From Octopus sinensis (Eukaryota): a stretch of 64,000 bases of DNA. Both the position numbers and the translations under genes were made by a program. The notes beneath the pieces are model-generated. The model saw only the letters and a program-made list of their open reading frames with translations, ran no database searches and was not told the DNA's origin. The DNA is taken from contig NC_043017.1 of the NCBI RefSeq assembly GCF_006345805.1, forward strand, positions 22,258,001 to 22,322,000. The letters are read 5' to 3'. Position 1 is the first letter of the stretch; every line of letters starts with the position of its first letter. Below, one piece after another: positions 38,165 through 52,572 of this stretch.

Positions 38165-40805
38165 TTGACGGAGGCGGAGGACGTGCAGAAAGTGTCCGAC
38201 AGCTGGAAGTGACAAGATTGGATTCTACTGGTATTTGACAGTTTTCCAAACAAACTGACCCCATGGGAGGAATAAAGTGGTAACAAACAAAAGGGAAGGG
38301 AAAAGAGGCTGGGGGTGAGAAGAAAGGAAGGAAGGAAGGAAGGGAGGAAGGAAGGGAGGGAGGAAGGTGGTAAAGAAGGAGATCTCATTAAAGTTGATTG
38401 ATAACTGTTGCTGCATTTCTACAGAGCAGTTCAATAAATTTTACCTAACTGCTGACGAGGGTGTGCTTGGATCTGTTGCAAATGGAATTGGTTGGCTGAA
38501 GGTGAAGATTAGGTGAGGAGGTGTAAGAGGCTGTGGGGCAAACGGGTAGGCGGGGTTGAAGTAGGAGCTGCGGTTGGGTGATTAGAAGCGGGATCTCGTA
38601 TAATTAATTCGCTCGCTCAAATTCTCGGTTCATTGAGGTAACAAACAAACAAACAAACAAACAAACAAGTAATATAGTCAGAAATAAATGAGGCACACAA
38701 ATAAATAAATAAATAAATCAACAGTAAAACAAAAATAACAAAATAAAAATATGGACAAATCTTGAAATTAAAAAAAAAAAGGATAAAAATATACTATATG
38801 AAGTTTGCGATATTATAATGTAATTAATTATTCATCTTCGAACAGAAACCAATAAGGCAGCTAGGAACTACTGGAACAGACTTTCTTCAGCAAAAAATAA
38901 AGCTGTGAACAATTTCTAGCCCTGCATTTGAAGACATCTGTTGGACAAGATGCCCATCTGTTGCCAGATGAACTCCAGCTATTCCTAATACAATTTGCTG
39001 TTAACTGAGAAGACTAAAGTAAATGAAATGAAGTGCCTGGCTCAAAGACACAATGTTCTACTCAGCGTGGAAATCGAAACCATTTTCTTATGATAGTGAG
39101 CCCAATGCTCAAATTATTAGGCCACGTGCATTCCTGAATTATTTATTCTTGTTATAATGATTGAAGAGTTATTTAACCTTTTTGTTACCGTATTTATTTT
39201 GAGATGCTCTGTGTTACTTTCAATTAATTTTAAGTATATAAAAATAATTTAGTAAAATATCTTAGTTATTATTAAGCCAATGTTAGGAACATAAATCGTG
39301 ATTTATCGAGTTCATGCATTTCCATCGACTCCACAACAAAATGTTGCGTTTCTTCAAATCCTGAAATTTAGCAGTTCATCAAATAGATCGATAAAATAAA
39401 GTACAACATGGGGGTAATATAAGACCTAAAAATTAGTGAAGGCAGCCCCAGCAAGGCTGCATTCTAAGAACTGAATCCCCAAGAAGCTTAGCCAGTAGAG
39501 CATCAGACTTCTATGTATTCTACATTTATCATGATTGTTTAATGTTTACTTTTCCTTTCTTGCATGAGCCAAATGGAATTCATTGGAGTAGATCTTTCTA
39601 TGAATGGATGCTCTCCATGTCACCAACCCTCACCAGTTTCCAAATAACGTAGTATTTCATCCCCCTTCCCGAGAGGCCATGCTTCTACGAAATAAACGAC
39701 ACAGCAGCTATTGTGTGACAGTAATACTCGTTTACAACTATCACACAATGTCAACACAAGGAGACACAGACACACACACACACACATGATGGGCTACTTT
39801 CAGTTTCACTTTCCAAGTTCACTCATAAAGCTTTGGTCAGCTCAAAGCTATAGTAGAAGACACTTGCCCAAGATGCCACACAGTAACTTGCAAGAACAGA
39901 TCTTGACCGGACAACCATGCCTATGCCTACAATTTTATTTTTCTCTTTAATAAAATTAAAACAGAACAATGTGAAAAAAAAAAAGACAAGGTAGATAAGA
40001 CAGTGTATAGGTTTTTGAATAAGCCATATGACGTCACTTTAAAATAATTGCTATAGTTTGAGCACATAATTTCACATTAAATCTCTGGTGGAACAATTCC
40101 AACAAAAGAAACTATTGTAATATTTTCTATCAGCTCCATTCTTTGACCATTATATAGTCTGTCACTTCAAAAACAATAATGACATCAGCTGAAAAGGGGC
40201 TACTGATTTGATAAGTGACAAAATGCTCGGGTTTTTTGTTTTTTCTATTTCCTTATTCGTTTATCTTTGCGAGTGTGAGTGTCTGTGTGAGCATACACAT
40301 GAGCAGGTATCTGTGTTTACCTGTATGTACGTATGTATGTGTGTATGTGTGTGAGTATACACATGTCTGTATATGTGCTTGTCTCTATGAATCTATGCTT
40401 GTGTGTGTGTGTGTTTGTGTGTGTACATATTTGCCTGTATGTATGTATGTGTGTGTCTTTGTGTGCGTATGTATGTGTGTCTATGTTGGTATGCCATTGT
40501 CTGTATCTATGTATCAACATATGTGTTTCTGTGTGTTCATCCATGTTTGGTACATACAGTGAGTGTATATGTGCCTGTTTGTGCATATGTGTGTATATAC
40601 ATGAATGTGTATGTGTGTGTGTGTGTGATAGAGAGAGAGAGAGAGAGACCATGCATAGATTTGGTGTGTTTCTGGTGAGTGTTTATGTGTGTGAATGTGT
40701 ATGTTTGGCTTAAGTGAAATGGGTGTGAGCATGCGATTCTGCATGTGCATATGCGTGTGTATGTATGAGTAACTGCATACATACCAATCTGTATGTACAT
40801 GTGCA

Positions 40806-40835
<30 letters not shown>

Positions 40836-40836
<1 letters not shown>

Positions 40837-41482
40837 TCATCCACATGTTTGATGCATATGTAATGAATGCTTATGAGTTTGTGTGTGTGTGTGTGGTGTA
40901 TGTACATATATCTATATATGTACCTGAGTGTGTGGTGTATGTGTATGTGTGTGTGTGTAGGTGTGTGTGTGTGTTCATCTGCATGTTTGATGCATATGTA
41001 ATGAATGCTTATGAGTTTGGTGTGTGTGTGTGTGTGTGTGTGTACATATATCTATATATGTACCTGAGTGTGTGTGTGTATGTGTATGTGTGTGTGTATG
41101 TGTGTGTGTGTGTGTGTGTTCATCTGCATGTTTGATGCATATGTAATGAATGCTTATGAGTTTGTGTGTGTGTGTGTGTGTGTATGTACATATATCTATA
41201 TATGTACCTGAGTGTGTGTGTGTATGTGTATGTGTGTGTGTATGTGTGTGTGTGTGTGTTCATCTGCATGTTTGATGCATATGTAATGAATGCTTATGAG
41301 TTTGTGTGTGTGTGTGTGTGTGTGTATGTACATATATCTATATATGTACGTGAGTGTGTGTGTGTATGTGTATGTGTATGTGTGTATGTGTGTGTGTGTT
41401 CATCTGCATGTTTGATGCATATGTAATGAATGCTTATGAGTTTGTGTGTGTGCGTACATATATCTATATATGTACCTGAGTG
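40836..41482. repeat. Tandem array of five ~140-bp units with embedded (TG)n
   Basis: CATGTTTGATGCATATGTAATGAATGCTTATGAGTTTG occurs five times. Confidence 0.93.
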
Positions 41483-41827
41483 CCAGCATACATGTGTGTG
41501 TGTGTGTGTTGAGTGTACACAGGTGTGTCTAAATGCATATCAGAGACACAATTACCATAAGATTGAGAGTTTCTACAGTTTTCAGCTCTGATATGTTTTT
41601 TTCTTATCAGTTCATCTATCCTTCAACTCACTTCTTTTCTCTCATTGTGTGTGTGTGTGTGTGTGTGTGTTTGTGTGTCCGTGTGTGTGTGTGTTTGTGT
41701 GTGCGTGTGTGTGTGTATGTGTGTGTATGTGTGTGTGAATGCCTACTTGTATTTTTGTTATATATTTTTACTTACCAATTTGTTTATCTTTCTACAAGTT
41801 TTTCTCCCCCATAGAAAGAGAGAGAGG

Positions 41828-41862
<35 letters not shown>

Positions 41863-41949
41863 GACAGAGAGAGAGGGAGAGAAGGGACAGACAGAAAGAG
41901 AAGGGACAGACAGAAAGAGAAGGGACAGAGAGAGGGATGGTATTTTTTT

Positions 41950-42625
41950 TTTAAACCCTGGTTCTTATTTTATCGATCACTTTTGCTGAACTGCTAAGTA
42001 ACTGGTATGTAAGCATACCAACACCAGCTGTCAAGTGGTGGTGGGAGAGAAACACAGACACAATGACATACATGCATGCACACACACACACACACTCACA
42101 CACACACCCACACTCACACACACACACACAACAGTTTCTGTCTACCAAATCCCCTTACAAGTATTTGGTTGGTCTGAGGTTCCACTCAGTGGAACTGAGT
42201 CCAGGTCCATGTGGCTTGAATGCAAGCTTCTTACCACACACATAAAGGAGATCTAACTTCTATTTCTAGCCGGTTCAGTGATTATGTAAACACCCACCCC
42301 TTCTTTAGCTCATGTATTAATTATGTTGTTCTTGTTCAACAACATTGTCAATTCTGACTGAGCAGACCAGTGATCAAAGGTATTCCATCAATAGCCATCC
42401 CATCTTTTACTTTACTCTCTCTCTCTTTCAGAGAGGCACTGAGTATCTACACGCACATATACACACACGGCAGTAACTTCCACCTACCAAATTCAATCAC
42501 AAAGCTTCAGTCGACTCGGGGCTATAGTGGAGGACTCCTGCCCAAAGTGCCACGCAGTGGGACTGAACCCGAAACCATGTAGCTAGGAAGCAAGCTCCCT
42601 AACCACACAGCCATGCCCGCACCTA
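41950..42625 (-). mobile_element. Two diverged SINE family A pieces
   Basis: 41950-42240 and 42470-42625 (GTGCCACGCAGTGGGACTGAACCC...CCACACAGCCATGCC). Confidence 0.7.
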
Positions 42626-43467
42626 CAGCTATGCCCGTTTGTCCATTTCCTTTTAAGTTGATAGGAGGTGATTTGAAGAAAATTTGGCTGCTATTCCCAG
42701 CAAAGAAAGGCAACCACATAAAAGCTCAGAGCTGGCAAGCCAAAGGTCTGCACCAGATTCTAGTCATCTGTTTTGGCTGGGTTTTTACAGCTGGAGGCCC
42801 TTCCTAATGCATATGAACAAATAAAGGTAGAATCAGCATCAACGAATTGTTGGGTCCCTAAACAGTCCCCTAAAAATAAGAATAAATCCTAGACATACAA
42901 TCCCAAAGAAAAGTCTGAGTTTATGTTAAAGCTTCCACTGGGACCAACCGCCAAATCTATGAGATGGGAGTTTGGAGTGAAGGGAAAGTGCCAGGATTAC
43001 CATACACTATACCCCATATGTATGCAAATGTGTCCACATGTATGTATAATTATGTATAGAACATAATCATGTACATATATACATATTCTTACATATATAA
43101 ATAAGTACATATTTATACATATAACATACTTTCAAATATATAATTATTATAATATATATATATATATAATATACACACGCATTTGTATGTATGCTATTAT
43201 TATTTACTAACATACATACATACATACATATATACATATACACATACACACATACACACACACATATGTATATATATATTTACCTATCTATCTTTTCATC
43301 TATTTAACTATCTATCTATATTTTTATGTATGTGTGCATGCATGTCAGGACATAAATGTATGCTTATATATGTATATGTATACACACACCTTTACACACA
43401 CACACACACATATATATACAGACAGATAGATGGAAAGATAGGTTTGTGTGTGCATGTATTCATATAA

Positions 43468-43512
<45 letters not shown>

Positions 43513-43719
43513 TGTATGTATATGCATGCACACATACACACGTTTCAATAAAAACTTTCTCTATCATAAGCTCTTGCTTAAAAAACATCCATTTCCAAGG
43601 TTCATTATTATTCATTGGAGTCTGCAAAATTTGTAATGAATATTGATCATTGAACCATCATGAAACAACCCACTTTTAACCTATCATCTCTCTGCAACAA
43701 CAATAACAACAATAATAAT

Positions 43720-44065
43720 AATCCTTTCTGCTACTGACACAAGGCCTGAAATTTGGTGGGTGTTGGTGGGAGTTGATTACAGTGACCCCAGGACTTGACT
43801 GGTTCTTATTTCATAGACCTTCGAAAGGATGAAAGGCGAAGTCAACTTCCACAGAATTTGTAGAATAACAATATAAATAGTTTCAAGTTTTGGCAGAAAG
43901 TTTGGGTAAAGTGTGACTCAATAACACCAGCCTCAACTGACACTTGTTCTACTGATCCTTAAAGAATTAAAGGCAAAATCGACCTTGAGAAAATTGAAGC
44001 TCAGAACGTAAGGACAGATGAAATGCCGGTAAGCATGCTAATGGTTCTGCCAGACTGCCACCTTA
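43720..44065 (-). mobile_element. Diverged SINE family B pieces
   Basis: GAAAGGATGAAAGGCGAAGTCAAC and CTCAGAACGTAAGGACAGATGAAATGCC. Confidence 0.65.
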
Positions 44066-44605
44066 ATAATAATAACTTCAGACTTGTTACCAATTCAAAT
44101 CTGCTTGAGGCATAGTTGAACCTGTAAGAAAGCCATACACGGAATCTCTCATTGTTGACAGACAGGTGTAAACACACCAAGTCTCTTCAAAGCATCCCTA
44201 CCCAGACTGATAGAAGCATGTATTTCAGAGTTGTTATCTCCTCTTCAGCAGCAGAGACCAGAAAGGCAGACTGTGCACTGTCACAAGAGACAGGTCCTCA
44301 TGTTTATGATTGGTAATTCTGGGTTGATCAAATGGAAAAATCCCCCATCTCACCTTAAATGAGTGGGTGATGGCTCTCGACAAAGGAATGATGGATGTTA
44401 CTTGTTTTAGTTGCCTCTCATGATACATCAATTACATGATGTATCTTCTCAGGAATACCTTTTCAGAAGGTAGAAACAGGTTCACATCTGCCAGGCTGCC
44501 ACCCAAGTAATATCCTTTGTAGATAAAGAGATACCACAATGAGCATTGCATTTCAATGTCTCTGTACCACAGAGAAATTCACAGCAAAGACTCCTCCTTC
44601 CCCAC

Positions 44606-44890
44606 ACATCATCATCATCATCATCGTTTAATGTCCGTTTTTCCATGCTAGCATGGGTTGGATGGTTCGACCGGGGATCTGGGAAGCCAGAAGGCTGCAC
44701 CAGGCTCCAGTCTGATCTGGCAGTGTTTCTACAGCTGGATGCCCTTCCTAACGCCAACCACTCCGTGAGTGTAGTGGGTGCTTTTTACGTGCCACCAGTA
44801 CAGGTGCCAGGCAAGGCTGGCAATGGCCACGGTCGGATTGGTGCATTTTACGTGTCACCGGCATGGAAGCCAGCCGAGGCGGCACTCGAT
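44606..44890 (-). mobile_element. Family E copy
   Basis: (CAT)n CGTTTAATGTCCGTTTTTCCATGCTAGCATGGGTTGG... Confidence 0.88.
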
Positions 44891-45577
44891 GCTACTATTT
44901 AAGTCCTCCCCGCCCCAGTTTCTGTCATGCACTGTTAACAATGTCTGCCAAGGGAGATAACTCCCTATCTATACAAAACATGTAGAGCATCCCGGAATAT
45001 CATGTATTCTAAAAGCAGGATATACAACACAAACAATAATATAAAATTTCTAAGTGTAAAAACTTACTTTCCTCAATTTTCTGTAAAATTTATTTCTGTA
45101 AGACGTATTCCATGCAACAACTTTATAGAGCAATAAATATCTTTTTAAAAAGTTGACAGTTTAATGTAAACAAAAAAAAAAAAAATTTTAAACACCTTTC
45201 AAATTCTTAATAAATATTATTCTGGAAACAAATTGAGACACATTGCAGAGTCTATTCTTGTTAGAAATATGGACATAAATGAGTTAAGGTTATATTCTGT
45301 GACTGAGAGCTAGAGACCAAAAGAGTGAAAGAGAGACAGACAGACAGACAGAGGAAGAGAGAGAGTCTGCGAACTACTCAAAGCAGGATTCACTATTTCA
45401 GCGACATTTTTGATTTATCATCTCATCCTAGAAAAACCAAAATATTAAATAATGCAGATAAGTTGGAAAGCAAGATTGCAAACTTCTAAAGATTATTGAT
45501 AACATACATAAAATTTTCAGGTAAAAAGAAAAATAAATGATATTAATAAATGTATATAATATAATATGTATATAATA

Positions 45578-45623
<46 letters not shown>

Positions 45624-45629
<6 letters not shown>

Positions 45630-45774
45630 GAAATTATCAAAATGACTGATTTGATTTGATTTATATTTTAATATTTCATGTAGAATGTTTTTCATTTAAT
45701 AACATCAAAATATGATTTGTAAATTGATTATATAGCTCTGTATGCAAATGTGTTTCTATAGATGTGTGTGTGTA

Positions 45775-45815
<41 letters not shown>

Positions 45816-47038
45816 ATGTGCACACACTCACTAAGGTTTCTTATGCTTTGTAAATTAATTCAGATATACATACACACACACACACACATAATGTATATTT
45901 ATATATATTTATGACGACGATGATGATGATGCATACATTCATTCTTGCATGCACATACACACACTCACACACACACACACATATATATGTGCTGCAATTA
46001 TGTGTATATGAATGCATGATCATATATATACAGGTGTGCACAATGTGTCTGAATGATTGCACTTTTTAGCGCGTACGAGGAAAAGAGTCTGTGTTTGGGT
46101 TAGCATACATAGGTATGCATATATATATATATACACACTTACACGCTCATACACAAATGCACATACATACGTTTACATACATATATACATATACATATAT
46201 ATACACACATGCTCATACACAAATGCACATACATACATTTATATACATATATACATATACATACAGGTATTTATATATATATGTATGTATGTATGTATGT
46301 ATATATATATATATATTATATATATATATATAAAAGGAAATTATCAAAATGACTGATTTGATTTGATTTATATTTTAATATTTCATGTAGAATGTTTTTC
46401 ATTTAATAACATCAAAATATGATTTGTAAATTGATTATATAGCTCTGTATGCAAATGTGTTTCTATAGATGTGTGTGTGTATGCGTGTGTGTGTGTGTGT
46501 GAGTGTGTGTTTGTGTGTGTGTGTGTGTGCATGTGCACACACTCACTAAGGTTTCTTATGCTTTGTAAATTAATTCAGATATACATACACACACACACAC
46601 ACATAATGTATATTTATATATATTTATGACGACGATGATGATGATGCATACATTCATTCTTGCATGCACACACACACACTCACACACACACACACATACA
46701 TATGTGCTGCAATTATGTGTATATGAATGCATGATCATATATATACAGGTGTGCACAATGTGTCTGAATGATTGCACTTTTTAGCGCGTACGAGGAAAAG
46801 AGTCTGTGTTTGGGTTAGCATACATAGGTATGCATATATATATATATACACACTTACACGCTCATACACAAATGCACATACATACGTTTACATACATATA
46901 TACATATACATATATATACACACATGCTCATACACAAATGCACATACATACATTTATATACATATATACACACATGCTCATACACAAATGCACATACATA
47001 CATTTACATACATATATACATATACATACAGGTATTTA

Positions 47039-47071
<33 letters not shown>

Positions 47072-47090
47072 ATATATATATATATATATA
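45624..47090. repeat. Tandem duplication of a ~710-bp unit
   Basis: TAAAAGGAAATTATCAAAATGACTG at 45624 and 46331; duplicated ORFs 46057/46772. Confidence 0.95.
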
Positions 47091-47717
47091 TATACATACA
47101 TACAGATACACACACACACATACATACATACATACATACATACATACATACATACATACATACATACATACATACATACATACATACATACATGTCTACA
47201 TGAATAAAAGTTAATTCTTTGATTTTTTTTGTCTTTAATTTCCTGATATCTTGCTTTAATTTTATGGTTTTAAAGAAAGAGGTTTAGTTTGGAATTTTTG
47301 CAATCCTTTCTTTGTGTTTCAGATGACTGGGATTAAGTATTTACGATAAGAAAAGGATGTAAAAAAAAAAAGTATGTCTTCAGTTTAGTTTTAATTATGA
47401 GGTTAGTAATGTTATGGGGTTAACACAATGGATCGTACTTTATCTTTGGTCTATCAGAGAAACTAACATAGTTGTGTCTTTGTGGATCAATTCAAGCTTC
47501 TTAGAATGGGTTTCAGGGGGGAAAAGACAAAGAGGAAAGAATAGGAGAGAGAGAGGGAGGGAGAGAGAGACAGACAGACAGACAGACAGAGGAGGGAAGA
47601 GAGACAGAGAGAGAAAGAGAAATAGAGAAAGACATGAAGAAAGAAAGAAAGAAAGAAGGAAGGAAGGAAATAAAGAAAGGAAGAAGAGAACTAGTATGTT
47701 TAATGACAGAGGGAAGA

Positions 47718-48015
47718 TTGCTGTTGTTTGTTCCTTCTCGAGCCATGCCTGGCTCATAAGGGCCGGTTTCCCGGTTTCTTGGCATATAGGTTCCCCACCT
47801 GGATGGGACGCTAGTCTGTTACAGGTGAGCCACAAGATGCAGGAGGAAAGAGTGAGAGAAAGTTGTGGCGAAAGAGTCAGCAGAAGTTCACCATTACCTT
47901 CTGCCATAGCCGCGTGGAACTTAGGTGTTTCACTCATAAACACACACATCGTCCGGTCTGAGATTCAAACCCACGACACCTCAACTGCGAGACTGCTGCT
48001 CTAACCACTAGGCTA
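47718..48015 (-). mobile_element. SINE family C
   Basis: Reverse complement of 6439-6745. Confidence 0.9.
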
Positions 48016-48329
48016 TATCACAAAATGATGCAGTGTTACTATTGTAAAACTGGGATACGCTTGGTAACCACAGAATAATAAGCACAAGAAGTCAATCATT
48101 TCCATTGCATTTTTCAGTAGAGGAAACATCTTAAATTTCATTTTCAATAATCGTTTGTAATTTAGGCACAACACCAATAATTAGTTGATTATATTGACCC
48201 TAGTACTTTACTAGTACTTGATTTTATGAACCCCACCAAAAAAAAAGAAAAGAAAAAGCAAAGTTAACCTAGACTGGATTTGAACTCAGAACTTAGTTTC
48301 AATGAATAGCTTATTTTCAATGCAATATG

Positions 48330-49745
48330 AATATAAAAAGGCATTTTCCTTATTTTTGGGGCAACTGTCTGGAAATAGCTTTAGAAATGAGAGTTGCTGT
48401 CTTCTTTAGTAAAGTTGCTAAAACAATTTTTCAAATAACTTGATTGTTTTCTCTTGCAAAATAACCAGATTGTTTTCAACATATTTTATATAAAATTGCA
48501 ATTATTCTCATCAACTTTCACTTAGCTCTATTAAGTGCAGAAATTTGTTTAAATCTTTATTTATTAACTGAGAAATAAGCAATTATTATTTTCTTCTTGA
48601 TATCATTTACTAAGCTGGTAAACAAATCGCTCATGCCCTGCAGTTTTGAATTTAGGTAGCTGAAATGTTTACAGCAACTAAAAATGCTAAATCCAATAAC
48701 CAAATATTATCACAAAATGGCTATTTCTCCAGGCAATTCACTTTTCTCTTTGAGAAAATTATCAACTTTATTCTATCCTCTAGGAAGCTAGTGCACTCCA
48801 CAACGAAGGACAAGATTGCTATATTTCAAATCTAATATTACACATTAGCCACTGAATTCTTCTCTGTGTAATGCTGTTGTTTTATTTATACATTTTACGA
48901 CTGTTAATATATTACAACGTTAGGTACATATTGCAGTCGATGATATAAAAAGTTTCTAAACCAAGTTGTAGGCATTACCAATCATTGACAGAATTTTATC
49001 CATATAAATACTACTGACTGTACAGAATTTTACTTGTGGCTTTTACGAACACGATTTTACTTGGCCAAATATGTCTCAACCTCTAGTTTGTTTCTCTTTG
49101 CCTCCCATAAAACAACTCAAGATTGACAAGTTTTCAATGATGCTAAAATTGTCATCATTTCCTCTTATAAAAATGCTTAACACATATAATTTGTAGATTC
49201 TTCCAGGGCTACAGAAAACAAAGTACAAGCATGGAAAACGTCTTTCAGTAAACCAGTTGCACAGATACAAGATAAGTGAATTCTTCACAGTGTCCTCCTA
49301 TAACTACTCTCTTTGACAGAGCACTTTGTATTATTTTCTTTATGATATTTTTATTACTATGATATCTTGCAAATGTTTCAACACAAAACGTAACAGTTTT
49401 TTTCCATCAAAAAAGTTTGTGTTTTTGATCAACGTTGAAGCAATTATATAGGTAGAGACTTTCATTGACAAACTTTCACAACTTCCTCTAACAAATATAG
49501 TGTCTTCTTTTAATTGCTTTTTCCCCCCTTAAGCATGTATTCTCTCTTTCCATATCTCAAGCATTAGTTTCAGCTTTCACTGCGAATTAGAATCTTGTCT
49601 TCTATTATCATTATATGTGGTAAAATTTCCACAATCAATGGACAAAGCCTTTCCTGAACGACTCACTGTAAATAAGATCTCATTTTCGTACCAGTCATTG
49701 AATTTATCTTTTCTATCACTTGCTGCTTTTCTTGATCACTGTGAT
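48330..49745 (-). pseudogene. Decayed hAT transposase, SPIN/Buster (GTF2IRD2-like) group
   Basis: Frameshifted motifs in the expected order: FSVALEEST, LSIFIRGNDDNFSIIENL, TRG*DIF, ALHREEF, H*LPRG, LNSKLQG. Confidence 0.88.
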
Positions 49746-49882
49746 GAGTAAAATACAAACCAGTAAATGTTCACAAAGGGAAACTAAAGCACAGCTCTGT
49801 AGAAGCAAATGTAAATTGACAGTGAAAATTGTAGTGAATCGGCACTGGCTTCTACCTTATGACCAAACTAGTTCTACATATA

Positions 49883-50099
49883 GAAGAGGGTGCTGAAAAG
49901 TTCCTGGTTTTAAGGGCATCATAAAAGGGTTGGTTGGAGGCCCAACCTTCCATGTTCTTTTACAGGGCTTCGAAAAACTGAAGGACTGCAGCAATAACTG
50001 TGTGAATCTGAGATGGTAATATGTTGAATAAAATCATCATTAACTGATCCTCCTGTATTTTCTTTTACCCAAAGCCAGGAACTTTTCAACACCCACTCA
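49883..50099 (+). mobile_element. Mariner-derived non-autonomous element
   Basis: TIRs GGGTGCTGAAAAGTTCCTGG / CCAGGAACTTTTCAACACCC; internal GFEKLKDCSNNCVNLRW*YVE* resembles the mariner transposase C-terminus. Confidence 0.82.
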
Positions 50100-50371
50100 T
50101 ATATTTGAAGAGTAACAAATTGGTGTTCAAAGACTATTTCTATCCACTGCACCACAAATTGGCCATCCCTGAGATAAATACTTGATAATATTTAACTCAG
50201 GTACTCATTAGTCCATCTCCTCAGATATGACTTGAAGGATAAGGATTTCTTATGGTCACAAAAAGCACAATGGTACTGGCAGGAACACTTTCAGCTGAAT
50301 ATATCCTCACTATATGATGAGTACTTATAAAATTGATCTCATGAGAATAAAGAACAAACATTGTCCTTATA

Positions 50372-50531
50372 GGCGCAGGAGTGGCTGTGAGGTAAGTAGC
50401 TTGCCTACCAACCACATGGTTCCGGGTTCAGTCCCACTGTGTGGCATCTTGGGCTAGTGTCTTCTACTATAGCCTCGGGCTGACCAATGCCTTGTGAGTG
50501 GATTTGGTAGATGGAAACTGAAAGAAGCCCG

Positions 50532-50597
<66 letters not shown>

Positions 50598-50829
50598 TGT
50601 GTGTATGTTTGTGCGTCTGTGTTTGTCCCCCTAGCATTGCTTGACAACCGATGCTGGTGTGTTTATGTCCCCGTCACTTAGCGGTTCGGCAAAAGAGGCC
50701 GATAGAATAAGTACTGGGCTTACAAAAGAATAAGTCCCGGGGTCGAGTTGCTCGATTAAAGGTGGTGCTCCAGCATGGCCGAAGTCAAATGACTGAAACA
50801 AGTAAAAGAGTAAAAGAGAGTAAAGAGTA
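50372..50829 (+). mobile_element. SINE family A, full length
   Basis: Near-identical to the 7993 copy. Confidence 0.95.
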
Positions 50830-50903
50830 TACAATTTGAACACAGAACATAAAAAAGCCCCAAATACCAAATACACCTTCCACCACCTCCACATACTACT
50901 CAC

Positions 50904-51077
50904 AGGATTGCTAATATTTAACAATACTTGTAGAAATTCCAGGATTATTTCAATAACTACTCTTGTTGAATGTTTATAGCAGGCCATAAAATGAATCTTT
51001 TGAGTGTGGACATTTTCTGAAATATCTGATTCTGGAAATTGTTTGATGTCCATGAAGTTATTACTGAAGACGCTAGT
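50904..51077 (-). other. Exon-like open segment (58 codons, phase 0-0) of unknown identity
   Basis: TTCTTTTCTAAG acceptor, GTGAGT donor, open frame TSVFSNNF...LLNISNP. Confidence 0.27.
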
Positions 51078-51491
51078 CTTAGAAAAGAACGGCTTTGAAA
51101 ACTATATTCTTAGTGATACCTTTGATTCTTCATCTTATTTGGGACTTGTCATCTTTAATTAAAGAAGTGAACATACTCTAGAAAAAAGGGACGTCCAAAT
51201 GTCCCTAGGAAAGTACTGGTTCACTTCTTTACACTTTTCAGTTGTGACTGTGTTATTAAAAATCAATGAAAATGTATTTCAAGTATTATGTATTTCACAA
51301 ATGTTTTAAATAATCTTAACTACAGTATGAAGTCAAATACATAATCTGTTTGTAATAGCCTTGTTAATGTTGGAACAAATCTCAATGTGTTGTAGTGCCT
51401 CTTTGTTTGGATGAATTTGAACACCACCATGCCAGTGAACGAAGTACAGTGGCTGACAAACTGGGTCGTGAGTTTTATGAAAAGCATATCC

Positions 51492-51524
<33 letters not shown>

Positions 51525-51526
<2 letters not shown>

Positions 51527-51931
51527 TCTTTTACTGTTTTATTTGCTTCAGTCATTTGACTGAGGCCATGCTGGAGCACCGCCTTTAGTCGAGCAAATCA
51601 ACCCCAGGACTTATTCTTTGTAAGCCTAGTACTTATTCTATCGGTCTCTTTTGCTGAACCGCTAGGTTACAGGGACATAAACACACCAGCATCAGTTGTC
51701 AAGCGATGGTGGTGGTGGTGGTGGTGGTGGTGGTGGGACACACACACTTATATATATATATATATATATGACAGGCTTCTTTCAGTTTCTGTCTACCAAA
51801 TCCACTCACAAGGCTTTGGTCAGCCCGAGGCTATAGTAGAAGACACTCACTCCAGTTGCCATGCAGTGGGACTGAACCCGGAACCATGTGATTGGTAAGC
51901 AAGCTACTTACCACACGGCCACTCCGGCGCC
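51525..51931 (-). mobile_element. SINE family A, full length
   Basis: Reverse complement of family A. Confidence 0.93.
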
Positions 51932-52572
51932 TATATAAATACACACACATATGCCCACATGCCTATGCATAATCGACAAATATATATTTACATATGAACG
52001 TACATTTATATTTGTGTATAAATATGTAAAATATTCTGTGTGTGCATGTATGCATGCATGGATGTATGTTTAATGCAATATCAACTTCAGATTCATGTAT
52101 TGAGTACTTTGTGTTTTGGATCAATATTATTTTCATTTTATACATACATGAATGTTCAAGTGAAGAAGTAAAAGAAACCTTTTGAAATTAAAACCTCCCC
52201 CACCATTTACTGAAAACTACTCCATGGGGATACCACCATTTAAAAGAATACAAGTAAGTCAATTAGAAGTTCAGTGTAAAAATGTTAATCCAATATAGTG
52301 ACTAATGGTAGGAGGCGTCTGGTATCCAGCAGTGTAGATCTCAAAGGAAAAAAATGCTAAAATATCCAACACTGACCAATTCATACATGGAAACAAATGT
52401 AAAACCTGTCTGTCTCCACTACTCCTACTTGCATATTTTTTTCAATTATTTACATTTTTCATTTCAATTTGTTAAGAAAATCATTTTGTCATTTCTAAAC
52501 TTTTATACATTCTTTGCAGTTATTACTAAAGAATATAAATGCTTTATAATTTATGTAAATTTACAATTTATA

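Noticed and set aside
44100-44600. Possible Tx1/L1 C-terminal remnant on the minus strand (…HSFKVRW…)
   Set aside because: A single weak motif; not enough to classify.
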